NCBI GenBank assembly: GCA_964016885.1
Contig: OZ024749.1
Location: forward strand, 10,788,001 to 10,852,000
From: Eledone cirrhosa
Lineage: Eukaryota
Length of the DNA: 64,000 nucleotides
Reading direction: 5' to 3'
The notes beneath the pieces are model-generated. The model ran no database searches and had not been told where the DNA came from. It saw nothing but the letters and a program-made list of their open reading frames with translations. The position numbers and the translations under genes are program-made. How positions within the stretch are numbered: position 1 is the first letter of the stretch; every line of letters begins with the position of its first letter. Below are positions 52,810 through 64,000 of the stretch, one piece after another.

Positions 52810-53339
52810 GTATATATAATAAAACAAGGACGAATCGTTACTCCTTCATTATGTTTATTAGTTGGTTATGCACGTTTCGCTATTGATGAGCTCAAGGTTT
52901 GATCTGTATCGATCTAGCCTGGCTCTGGAATCAATGGCTTGTGGGACCTCTGTAGTAGTAATGACAGAATGAATACACAGAGCGTATGAAAAAAGTCTTA
53001 TGTTCATATGTTGGTCAGTAAAAGTAGTTTTGATTGGTGGGTTAGTTACGAGGTAGTGTAGGTGGGGGAGTGAGTGTAGTGATGAGTTGGTGGTGAGGGG
53101 CAGAGGTTGATGTGAGGGGCAGGGTATGGCGTTTTGACTGTCCCTAGAGATGTTGGCATGTATGTTGAGGCTGATGTTCTGTGTGTGGTGTGGATGTGGT
53201 GGTGGTGGTGCGGTATATGAAATGGGATGAAAGATTGCTGTGTTTCACTATTGGGTAGGGTGTTGGGTGTGCTAAGGGATTGTTAAGGGGTCTTGCACTA
53301 TAAGGGAGTTAATGAGGTGATGGGATAGTGCATAAGAAA

Positions 53340-53482
53340 GATATAGATATACACAAAGGAGAAAGTTATAAAACATATATATACAAAGCATATATAAATG
53401 GAATTATACATATATATATATATATATATACATGTATACATACACATATATACAAGATATATGTATATATTTGTCTACACAC

Positions 53483-53514
<32 letters not shown>

Positions 53515-53990
53515 ATACACATATATACAAGATATATGTATATATATATACATACACATATATACAAGATATATATATGTGTGTCTACATACACAAGTCA
53601 GGAAACATGGCGTGAGCATGGATGTAAACATATATACACACACACAGGCACACTTCCATACATCCATGCACATACACACACACACATATGCATACAGATA
53701 CACACACACTTATATATATATACACTCACACATATATACATGCACATACACACACACTTACATACATCCATGCACATACACATACACATATGCATACATA
53801 TACACACACACACTTATATATATATATATATTCACACATATATACACACATGTACATCACATACATACACACATATACACACACTCATATATATATACAC
53901 TCACACATATATACATGCACATACACACACACACATGTACACACACACACATATATATACACACACACACACACCCACCCATATATACCT
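53340..53990. repeat. Degenerate (CA)/(TA) low-complexity tract
   Basis: Interleaved CA and TA runs with short internal duplications (ATACACATATATACAAGATATAT three times). Confidence 0.85.
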
Positions 53991-54309
53991 CCGAAATGGT
54001 ACATGTGGGGAGAACGCGGTGTCAGATGTGCGTGCCTTATTATTCATCCTGGACACCCACACTGGCCCTCAAGGGCTCACGCACACGTTGTACGAGTTGT
54101 ATGTATTTTCAGACACATCGACCCATGCAGGCATCGTACATACGTCCGGGTTCCCCACATTTGTACACGCCGACGAGGGGGAGGTGCTGACAGTCCGGCA
54201 ACACGTACTATTATAAGGTTGTACATGGGTGCGCTGAAGGATGTATGGACATACATACACAGGGCATCCAGCCGTAGAAAACCTGCCAGACAGTCCCATA
54301 CGAGTGAGA

Positions 54310-55885
54310 CAACCAATCTTGCCAACAACCCTGAGCACCTTTTTGATCTCCATGTGTCTAACACATGTGGACATGCCTACAAAGTCAGAAAATAGCACAG
54401 CTCCCAAGACTTTCGTAAACATTTTTTCACGCTTAGAGTTGCTGAAGCATGGAACAAACTGCCTGCGTCAGTTGTTAGCTGCCGAGACACTGCATCCTTT
54501 AAAACCTCCATGGAACAAACTGCCGAGACACTGCATCCTTTAAAACCTCCATGGAACAAACTGCCGAGACACTGCATCCTTTAAAACCTCCATGGAACAA
54601 ACTTCCTGCATCAATTGTTAGCTGCCGAGACACTGCATCCTTTAAAACCTCCACGGAACAAACTGCCGAGACACTGCATCCTTTGAAACCTCCATAGAAC
54701 AAACTGCCGAGATACTGCATCTTTTAAAACCTCCATGGAACAAACTGCCTGCGTCAGTTGTTAGCTGCCGAGACTCTGCATCCTTTAAAACCTCCATAGA
54801 ACAAACTGCCGAGACACTGCATCCTTTAAAACCTCCATGGAACAAACTGCCAAGACACTGCATCCTTTAAAACCTCCATGGAATAAACTGCCTGTGTCAG
54901 TTGTTAGCTGCTGAGACACTGCATCCTTTAAAAACTCCATGGAACAAACTGCCGAGACACTGCATCCTTTAAAACCTCCACGGAACAAACTGCCGAGACA
55001 CTGCATCCTTTAAAACCTCCATGGAACAAACTGCCTGCATCAGTTGTTAACTGCCGAGACACTGCATCCTTTAAAACCTCCATGGAAAAAACTGCCGAGA
55101 CACTGCATCCTTTAAAACCTCCATAGAACAAACTGCCGAGACACTGCATCCTTTAAAACCTCCATGGAACAAACTGCTGAGACACTGCATCCTTTAAAAC
55201 CTCCATAGAACAAACTGCCGAGACACTGCATCCTTTAAAACCTCCATGGAACAAACTGCCGAGACACTGCATCCTTTAAAACCTCCATAGAACAAACTGC
55301 CGAGACACTGCATCCTTTAAAACCTCCATGGAACAAACTGCCGAGACACTGCATCCTTTAAAACCTCCATAGAACAAACTGCCGAGACACTGCATCCTTT
55401 AAAACCTCCATGGAACAAACTGCCGAGACACTGCATCCTTTAAAACCTCCATGGAACAAACTGCCTGCGTCAGTTGTTAGCTGCCGAGACACTGCATCCT
55501 TTAAAACCTCCATGGAACAAACTGCCGAGACACTGCATCCTTTAAAACCTCCATAGAACAAACTGCCGAGACACTGCATCCTTTAAAACCTCCATGGAAC
55601 AAACTGCCGAGACACTGTATCCTTTAAAACCTCCATGGAACAAACTGCCTGCGTCAGTTGTTAGCTGCCGAGACGCTCCATCCTTTAAAACCCTCATACT
55701 TCCCAAAATTTGCCAAAACTACACATGATGTCCCCCTTCCATACACATGCACGCATGTGTATATCATGACTCATTCACTGTTCATTTTCCTGACGTTTGT
55801 ACATTACCCTATGTACTATACATACACTTTTGATGAGTTGTAGTGCACCTGAGCACTGTACACAATATTTTCATTATTATTATTT
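54310..55885 (+). mobile_element. 3' end of a CR1-clade LINE, expanded internally by a tandem array
   Basis: NTCGHAYKVRK*HSSQDFRKHFFTLRVAEAWNKLPASVVSCRDTASFK matches the CR1 ORF2 C-terminal pattern (RGH..K...FF..RV...WN.LP..VV....SFK). Unique sequence resumes at ~55693 and ends in an (ATT)n tail at ~55874-55884. Confidence 0.8.
54448..55692. repeat. 41/61-bp minisatellite with a 143-bp (61+41+41) higher-order period
   Basis: Long unit CATGGAACAAACTGCCTGCGTCAGTTGTTAGCTGCCGAGACACTGCATCCTTTAAAACCTC. The short unit lacks the 20 bp between the two CTGCC copies. Confidence 0.95.
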
Positions 55886-55886
55886 T

Positions 55887-55964
55887 TGGCAGTATCGGTA
55901 GAGTCGGACACCATGCTTTGAAGCATAGGGTTAAATCCCTTTATGATCTGAGTTCAAATCCTGC
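55887..55964 (+). mobile_element. Head of a family B SINE, truncated just after the B box
   Basis: TGGCAGTATCGGTAGAG..TCGGAC.CCATGCTTTGA...CTGAGTTCAAATCC matches ~51500-51575. Confidence 0.75.
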
Positions 55965-58757
55965 ATGTTGGTGGTGGTGTTGGTGGGGGTGGGGTGGTAT
56001 GTCGTGGTGGTATGTGGTGGTGGTGGTATGTGGTGGTGGTGGTATGTGGTGGTGGTGGTGGTGGTGGTGTGTGGTGGTGGTATGTGGTGGTGGTGGTGGT
56101 ATGTGGTGGTGGTGGTATGTGGTGGTGGTGGTATGTGGTGTTGGTGGTATGTGGTGGTGGTGGTGGTGGTATGAGGTGGTGGTATGTGGTGGTGGTGGTG
56201 GTATGTGGTGGTGGTATGTGGTGTTGGTGGTATGTGGTGGTGGTGGTATGTGGTGGTGGTGGTGGTATGTGGTGTGGTGGTGTTGGTGGTGTGTGGTGGT
56301 GGTGGTGGTATGTGGTGGTGGTATGTGGTGGTGGTGGTATGTGGTGGTGGTGGTGGTATGTGGTGGTGGTATGTGGTGTTGGTGGTATGTGGTGGTGGTG
56401 GTATGTGGTGGTGGTGGTGGTATGTGGTGTGGTGGTGTTGGTGGTGTGTGGTGGTGGTGGTATGTGGTGGTGGTATGTGGTGGTGGTGGTATGTGGTGCT
56501 GGTGGTATGTGGTGGTGGTGGTGGTGGTATGTGGTGGTAGTGGTGGTGGTATGTGGTGGTGGTGGTGGTATGTGGTGCTGGTGGTGGTGGTGTGTGGTGT
56601 TGGTGGTGGTGGTGGTATGTGGTGGTGGTGGTGGTGGTGGTGGTGGTGGTGGTGGTGGTATGTGTTGGTGGTGGTATGTGGTGGTGGTGGTGGTATGTGG
56701 TGGTGGTGGTATGTGGTGTGGTGGTATGTGGTGGTATGTGGTGTGGTGGTGGTGTGTGGTGGTGGTATGTGGTGGTGGTGGTGTGTGGTGGTTTTATGTG
56801 GTGGTGGTGGTGGTGGTATGTGGTGCTGGTGGTGGTGGTATGTGGTATTGGTGGTGGTGGTGGTATGTGGTGGTGGTGGTATGTGGTGGTGGTGGTGGTA
56901 TGTGGTGGTGGTATGTGGTGGTGGTGGTGGTATGTGGTGGTGGTGGTGGTATGTGGTGGTGGTATGGGGTGGTGGTATGTGGTGGTGGTATGTGGTGGTG
57001 GTATGTGGTGGTGGTGGTGGTGGTATGTGTTGGTGGTGGTATGTGGTGGTGGTGGTATTTGGTGGTGGTGGTATGTGGTGTTGGTGGTATGTGGTGGTGG
57101 TGGTATGTGGTGGTGGTGGTGTGTGGTGGTGGTATGTGGTGGTGGTATGTGGTGGTGGTGGCGGTATGTGGTGGTGGTATGTGGTGTTGGTGGTATGTGG
57201 TGGTGGTATGTGGTGTTGGTGGTATGTGGTGGTGGTATGTGGTGGTGGTGGTGGTATGTGATGGTGGTATGTGGTAGTGGTGGTATGTGGTGGTGGTGGT
57301 ATGTAGTGGTGGTGGTATGTGATGGTGGTGGTATGTGGTGGTGGTATGTGGTGGTGGTGGTGGTATGTGGTGGTGGTGGTATGTAGTGGTGGTGGTATGT
57401 GATGGTGGTGGTGGTATGTGGTGGTGGTATGTGGTGGTGGTGGTATGTGGTGGTGGTATGTGGTGGTGGTATGTGGTGGTGGTGGTATGTGGTGGTGGTG
57501 GTGGTGGTATGTGGTGCTGGTGGTATGTGGTGGTGGTGGTATGTGGTGGTGGTGGTATGTGGTGGTGGTATGTGGTGGTGGTGGTGGTATGTGGTGCTGG
57601 TGGTATGTGGTGCTGGTGGTATGTAGTGGTGGTGGTATGTAGTGGTGGTATGTGGTGGTGGTATGTGGTGGTGGTGGTGGTATGTGGTGGTATGTGGTGT
57701 TGGTGGTATGTGGTGGTGGTATGTGGTGGTGGTGGTGGTGGTGGTTTGTGGTGTTGGTGGTATATGGTGCTGGTGGTGGTATGTGGTGGTGGTGGTATGT
57801 GGTGGTGTTATGAGGTGGTGGTGGTATGTGGTGGTGGTGGTATGTGGTGGTGGTGGTATGTGGTGGTGGTGGTGGTATGTAGTGGTGGTGGTGGTATGTG
57901 GTGGTGGTATGTGGTGGTGGTATGTGGTGGTGGTATGTGGTGGTGGTATGTGGTGGTGGTATGTGGTAGTGGTGGTGGTATGTGGTGGTGGTATGTGGTA
58001 GTGGTGGTGGTATGTGGTGGTGGTATGTGGTAGTGGTGGTGGTATGTGGTGGTGGTATGTGGTAGTGGTGGTGGTATGTGGTGGTGGTATGTGGTGGTGT
58101 TATGAGGTGGTGGTGGTATGTGGTGTTGGTGGTATGTGGTGGTGGTAGTATGTGGTGGTGGTGGTATGTGGTGGTGGTGATGGTATGTGGTGGTGGTATG
58201 TGGTGTTGGTGGTATGTGGTGTTGGTGCTATGTGGTGTTCGTGGTATGTAGTGGTGGTGGTATGTAGTGGTGGTGGTATGTAGTGGTGGTGGTATGTGGT
58301 GTTGGTGGTATGTGGTGGTGGTGGTGGTGTGTGGTGGTGGTATGTGGTGTTGGTGGTATGTGGTGGTGGTGTGTGGTGGTGGTATGTGGTGTTGGTGGTA
58401 TGTAGTGGTGGTGGTATGTAGTGGTGGTGGTATGTAGTGGTGGTGGTATGTGGTGGTGGTGGTATGTGGTGTTGGTGGTATGTGGTGTTGGTGGTGGTGG
58501 TGGTGGTATGTGGTGTTGGTGGTATGTAGTAGTGGTGGTATGTAGTGGTGGTGGTATGCGGTGTGGTGGTATGTGGTGTTGGTGGTATGTGGTGTTGGTG
58601 GTGGTGGTGGTGGTATGCGGTGTGGTGGTATGTGGTGTTGGTGGTATGTGGTGGTGGTATGTGGTGTTGGTGGTATGTGGTGTTGGTGGTATGTAGTAGT
58701 GGTGGTATGTAGTGGTGGTGGTATGTGGTGGTATGTGGTGGTGGTGGTGGTATGTGG
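55965..58757. repeat. Interrupted (GGT)n array with regular ATGT spacers
   Basis: Runs of mostly 2-6 GGT separated by ATGT; almost no C on the plus strand. Confidence 0.97.
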
Positions 58758-60505
58758 TGTAGTAGTGTAGTGTAGTAGTGAAATGTAGTGTAGTGTAGTG
58801 TAATGTAGTGTGGCAGTGAAGTGTAGTGCAGTGTAGTGCTGTGAGGTGTAGTGTAGTGTGGTAGTGTAGTGTAGTGTAGTATAGTGTGGTGTAGTGTAGT
58901 ATAGTGTGGTGTAGTGTAGTGTAGTATAGTGTGGTGTAGTGTAGTGTAGTATAGTGTGGTGTAGTGTAGTGTAGTATAGTGTGGTGTAGTGTAGTATAGT
59001 GTGGTAGTGTAGTGTAGTGTAGTATAGTGTGGTGTAGTGTAGTATAGTGTGGTGTAGTGTAGTGTAGTATAGTGTGGTGTAGTGTAGTGTAGTATAGTGT
59101 GGTAGTGTAGTGTAGTGTAGTATAGTGTGGTGTAGTGTAGTGTAGTATAGTGTGGTGTAGTGTAGTATAGTGTGGTGTAGTGTAGTGTAGTATAGTGTGG
59201 TGTAGTGTAGTATAGTGTGGTAGTGTAGTGTAGTGTAGTATAGTGTGGTGTAGTGTAGTATAGTGTGGTAGTGTAGTGTAGTGTAGTATAGTGTGGTGTA
59301 GTGTAGTGTAGTGTAGTGTGGTAGTGTAGTGTAGTATAGTGTGGTGTAGTGTAGTGTAGTATAGTGTGGTGTAGTGTAGTGTAGTGTAGTATAGTGTGGT
59401 GTAGTGTAGTATAGTGTGGTAGTGTAGTGTAGTGTAGTATAGTGTGGTGTAGTGTAGTATAGTGTGGTAGTGTAGTATAGTGTGGTGTAGTGTAGTGTAG
59501 TGTGGTAGTGTAGTGTAGTGTAGTATAGTGTGTTGTAGTGTAGTGTAGTATAGTGTGGTGTAGTGTAGTGTAGTATAGTGTGGTGTAGTGTAGTATAGTG
59601 TTGTAGTGTAGTGTAGTATAGTGTGGTGTAGTGTAGTGTAGTGTAGTGTAGTGTGGTAGTGTAGTGTAGTGTAGTATAGTGTGGTGTAGTGTAGTATAGT
59701 TTGGTGTAGTGTAGTAGTAATGTAGTGTAGTAGTATAGTGTAGTGTGGTGTAGTGTAGGAGTGCAGTGTAACAAGGTAGTGTAGTAGTGTAATGTAATGT
59801 GTGGTGTGGTGTAGTATTGTATAGTGTGGTGTAGTGTAGCTTAGTGTAGTGTAGTAGTGTAGTGTAGCAGTGTGGTGTAGTTTAGTGTAGTAGTGTAGTG
59901 TAGTTTAGTGTAGTAGTGTAGTGTAGTGTAGTTTAGTGTAGTAGTGTAGTGTAGTTTAGTGTAGTAGTGTAGTGTAGTGTAGTTTAGTGTAGTAGTGTAG
60001 TGTAGCAGTGTAGTATAGTTTAGTGTAGTAGTGTAGTGTAGTGTAGTTTAGTGTAGTAGTGTAGCAGTGTAGTGTAGTTTAATTTAGTGTAGTAGTATGG
60101 TGTAGTGTAGTTTAGTGTAGTGTAGTTTAGTGTAGTAGTGTAGTGTAGTGTAGTGTAGTTTAGTGTAGTAGTGTAGCAGTGTAGTGTAGTTTAATTTAGT
60201 GTAGTAGTATGGTGTAGTGTAGTTTAGTGTAGTGTAGTTTAGTGTAGTAGTGTAATTTAGTGTAGTGTAGTAGTGTAGTTTAGTGTAGTAGTGTAGTTTA
60301 ATAGTGTAGTGTAGAGACTGTGGTGTAGTAGTGTAGTGCAGTGTGGTGTAGTAGTGTAGTTAGTGTTGTGTAGTGTAGTGTCATGTTGTGCAGTGTGGTG
60401 CCTTTTAGTTTAGTGTGTTGTAATATAGTGTAGTGTTGTGTCATGTAGTGTATTGCAGTGTACTGCAGTGTGGTGTAGTGTGGTGTAGTGTAGTAGTGTA
60501 GTGTT
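58758..60505. repeat. (GTAGT)n pentanucleotide array with ATAGT, GTGGT and TTAGT variants
   Basis: 5-bp periodicity; the dominant variant changes along the array. Confidence 0.97.
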
Positions 60506-63329
60506 TTAGGATAGTTACCTCCCTTTATCCTATATAATAGTCTTATCTATTGCTAATTTCGAAGTTACCCACCCTTGAAGTGCTCTCATATATTCTTTCC
60601 TAAAGAAATTACATTCACCGTAATTGTGGCCTACTTTCTTTATATAAAAAGCTGAATAAGTGGGGTTGGAAAAGCCAACGAAACTTAAGTAGCTGTATAT
60701 GTCACTGCTGTAACTAATTATACTTAACTTGTCCTATGGACTGAGTGCTCTTACCCTTGGATATTTCTACTAAACTTATACAACAGTCTATATATATATA
60801 CAGATGTATTGAAATTGGCATCTAGCTGCTATTTCTCTTTTATTTTAGTTGTCAGTTTGTCTAGATTGGCAGGTTATGTTGAGTTGAAAGCTAGATAAAT
60901 TCTTTTGTGTCAGTCGATTCTGGTAAGTTGGAAGAGGAACATCAACTTCGACCTGCTGAAGCAAGTGGCAAGATGTAGCGCTTAACAAAATGATATGGCC
61001 CTGCCGACAAGGGCCCTACAGCAACTCTTCCATCAGCACTTCAACTACACACAGAGAATCATCTACCTCTTCATATAAACAACACAGCTCCCTTGCACTG
61101 CAAACTTACTACTACCTATACTAGTATGTACATTCTGGAACAACTTGTCACTTTGTAATCTAATCTAACATAATAAACACATTTTTTTCCCCCTTTTTAA
61201 TGAATTGAAGTAAAATTATATATCTAACTTAAATCATTGTACTTGTCGAGTTTGTCATCATTCTTCTGCAACAACCACTAACTTCACTTCACATACATAT
61301 ATACATATTTGGCCTTGTGCCTGTATTAGAAATCAATATTACATATACACAGTCACACACACACACACACAGATGAGTAAAGATCAATGAGTGTATTGTT
61401 ATAAAAGATAAAGGAATGCAACAAAGCTATCCAGAGTTTGAAATAACATGCTACTGATTTTTAACATAAAATGGTGACCATACATAAATAAATGCATAAT
61501 TGAGAAGAGTCTCATATCCCCACACCTTAATAAATCTAGAAACTATTTAAATATGAGAATAGAAATCTTCATTTAATGTCATCACTTCGACAAATACTTC
61601 ATGAAACAGTAGATCATACCACTATCTGATTGAATTAATGTTTAACTATTCACTAGGGACAATCACACACTATTTCTAGTCAGGCTTTACACACTAATAT
61701 TTTCATCCAACTGCTGATTTCCTTCGTCAAATTGGAAAGACAGTTGCCCGCCTGAGGATGAAGCCCCGAATCTTCTTCCTCAGGCAGGCAGCAGGTGTTG
61801 ATGGCCATATCTGTGTCAATTGTGGCCATTTGATCTGTGGGTGGGTGCAGCTGAAAGACCATTCAGACTGGGGTGTAGAGTCTGTTGCTCCCTCCCTCAC
61901 TTACCTTCTTTCGTGGCTTGATTGCTTTATTTCTTGCTATATTCTTCTTTTCGTTTCTGTTTTGATTCCTTAATGTCTTGTATATTCTGCAGTTTTTATC
62001 ACATTTTCTGTATTCTTTGCTAGTAAAATAAAATTAAATTGCATATTTGAAAAAAATCAAAAAATCAAAAAGAAAAGAAAAAAATTATAACAACGCAACT
62101 CTTTACTTTCCATATAACAAATATTTCCATGTAACAAACTTTATCTATTTCTCTCTTCAGTTCACTCAAACAGAGTCCTCATCTTATACCTTATATTTCC
62201 AACTCTCCTTCCTTAATCATACGTTTTACAAGTCCTTCATCTACGTCCTTTTTAACTACACAAGGAAACTAACTCATGCCTAACAAAATTTGTGTGATTA
62301 AAAAACAACAAAACAAACTCAAAATGCAATAATGGCAGCCCTACTTAATATGTATCTATGTCATGGATATATTAGAAACAAATTCAGTTGTTTGATGGAG
62401 AGAAGCAAAAAACTTGAAGTTACAATATCTTGCCACTAATAGCTTTACACACACATGCGTGCACACACACACACACACACCCACACACATATGATAGCTG
62501 TTGGTGTTTTTGCATACCTATGGCTTTCTAAATGTTTATATATAAACATACCGTATTTCTTTAGAAATATGAAATTCCTATATATATATATATATACATA
62601 CACATGTACCTTTTTTCTGTTTCTCCATTGTGATCCTGTCTCTATATGTACTCTTGATGAAGGGCTTAAGCCCGACACACTGAACTTTCTTTCCGCTTTC
62701 CAATATAAAGCGTGAAACTAATAAGATTTGTTGTACTTCTGTTTGTTGTCTCCTTGAACTATATATATATATAAAGAGAGAGAGAGATAGAGAGTCCGTG
62801 GTGTTGAGACTGGAGAGACCACTAATTGCAGAAGTACTCAATGCATGGCGAGATGCAGAGTGGGATTTTACCTCTCTCTCTCTATATATATATTTATTTG
62901 TGTGTGTGTGTTGTAAGTTTGTTTGTGTATATAGTCTGTCTGTGATAATACATGGTATATCAGAGTTTCATAGCCAGGGAACATAACTGCCGGAAGTGTA
63001 GGGGAGGTCTTGCCAGAATTGAGAGGCCAGTGACGTCACATCAGAAGTTAGGGCTCCCTTTTTGTCAGGAAGCTGTTCATGAGTACTATGAAGGAGTGTG
63101 TGAGGCTTGCTATATTCTTTGGCCAGATGTAAAATAGGTGAACATCCGTGTAGGGAAATTCAATCCAGACTCATGACGAAAAGATAGGTTCCTTTGCTTT
63201 CTACAACAAGCTATTTTCATCATCATTTTTTTTTGTGCTCGAAGCATTTTTAAGGAAGGAAACGCTTTGCATGGAGCCAATCCCACTCTCTGAATATTGA
63301 ATGCATTTATCCAAAAAGTAGAATTGGTC

Positions 63330-64000
63330 TACATACTATCTCTTCTTGTAGGCAGTTCATTCTCAAAACTAGTGAAGCTTTTCTTGTTGAACTTTTTAGC
63401 AGCTACTAAGTGCTTAGTGGAAGAATATCTGTCCATTATATCAACACATATGCAGTCACACACTTACTTTGCTTCTGTCATGAGTTTCTCTGAAGGATTC
63501 TGACAGTACTTCGAGTATCTTTTTTTTTAAAAATCTATTATATATTCATTGACTTTAAACACACTAATTCTCAAGATTGCATTTGGTTGTAAATTACTTC
63601 AACATGAGGCATAATCTGATGAAAAAGCTCTAACCAAAATATGAAATTATCATCATTCAGGTATTTTAAAATTCCTGTTGCTTCTGTAATGGTTTGATTG
63701 GCATTTGATGTTGACTGAATTTCAGTAAGGCAGTTTTTTAAAGGCTGAAAATTTTTGTGAACTCTGTTCACGGTTTGTATGCTTAACTTCCACCTTGTAG
63801 AGGATGGACGTGGAATGCTGACGTCCATATGCTTCTTGAGAATGGATACACATTGTGGTGATCTTGAGAAGAATTTTGGAATAGCCAAAATTTTAGAGAA
63901 AAGTGTAATATTTTCTACATAACATTTCACGGTTCTTTTTATGCTCATTGATTGAAAATCTGTATGTCTCTCTAAGTCTCTCCTTAATATTTACGTTTCT
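63330..64000 (-). pseudogene. hAT-superfamily transposase fragment (ZMYM1/Tip100-like), decayed
   Basis: FFSRSPQ...IPRPSSTRW...EATGILKYLNDDNFIFWLELFHQIM...IYNQMQS shows the TRW motif and FIFWL helix typical of hAT transposases. After a stop/frameshift it continues as EAKVVCDCICVDIMDRY..HLVAAK. Confidence 0.75.

Noticed and set aside
52860-52945. Further hammerhead candidates around GCGAAACG (minus strand) and at 54168-54215
   Set aside because: A stem II-like pairing exists but the CUGANGA core is missing or corrupted. They may be Penelope-like relics but cannot be supported as ribozymes.
55843-59774. 1277-aa His/Pro/Thr-rich ORF and the Trp/Val/Gly-rich ORFs opposite it
   Set aside because: These are translations of (ACC)n and (ACTAC)n simple repeats. 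The peptide cycles through frames at each spacer, and there is no signal peptide or unique domain.
63330-64000. Domesticated ZMYM/ZBED-type host gene
   Set aside because: The stop at 63571 and frame disruption downstream indicate a decayed transposase, although the 5' part lies outside the window.

Overview
Eukaryotic, repeat-dominated window with no intact protein-coding gene. The repeat families and the abundance of TA/CA/ATG microsatellites suggest an octopus (coleoid cephalopod) genome; this is inference from remembered repeat motifs, not a database result. Bases 1-38930 are the right-hand end of a 60-bp satellite (~650 units, with multi-level higher-order repeats). Its monomer is a piece of the 3' tail shared by an RTE LINE and a tRNA-derived SINE, both present in this window, and the array runs directly into the rest of that tail. 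The remaining 25 kb is a mosaic of SINEs, decayed RTE and CR1 LINEs, hAT and piggyBac-like elements and simple repeats. Two more tandem arrays have grown inside transposons (25 bp in a hAT element, 41/61 bp in a CR1 3' end). The most notable finding is two minimal type-I hammerhead ribozymes on the minus strand (52567-52612, canonical with GUC; 41649-41728). Each lies in a 317-bp or 557-bp non-coding unit bounded by direct repeats, the architecture expected of retrozyme or Penelope-type circular-RNA retroelements. There is also a perfect 125-bp inverted repeat. All long ORFs in the ORF track are artefacts of tandem repeats.
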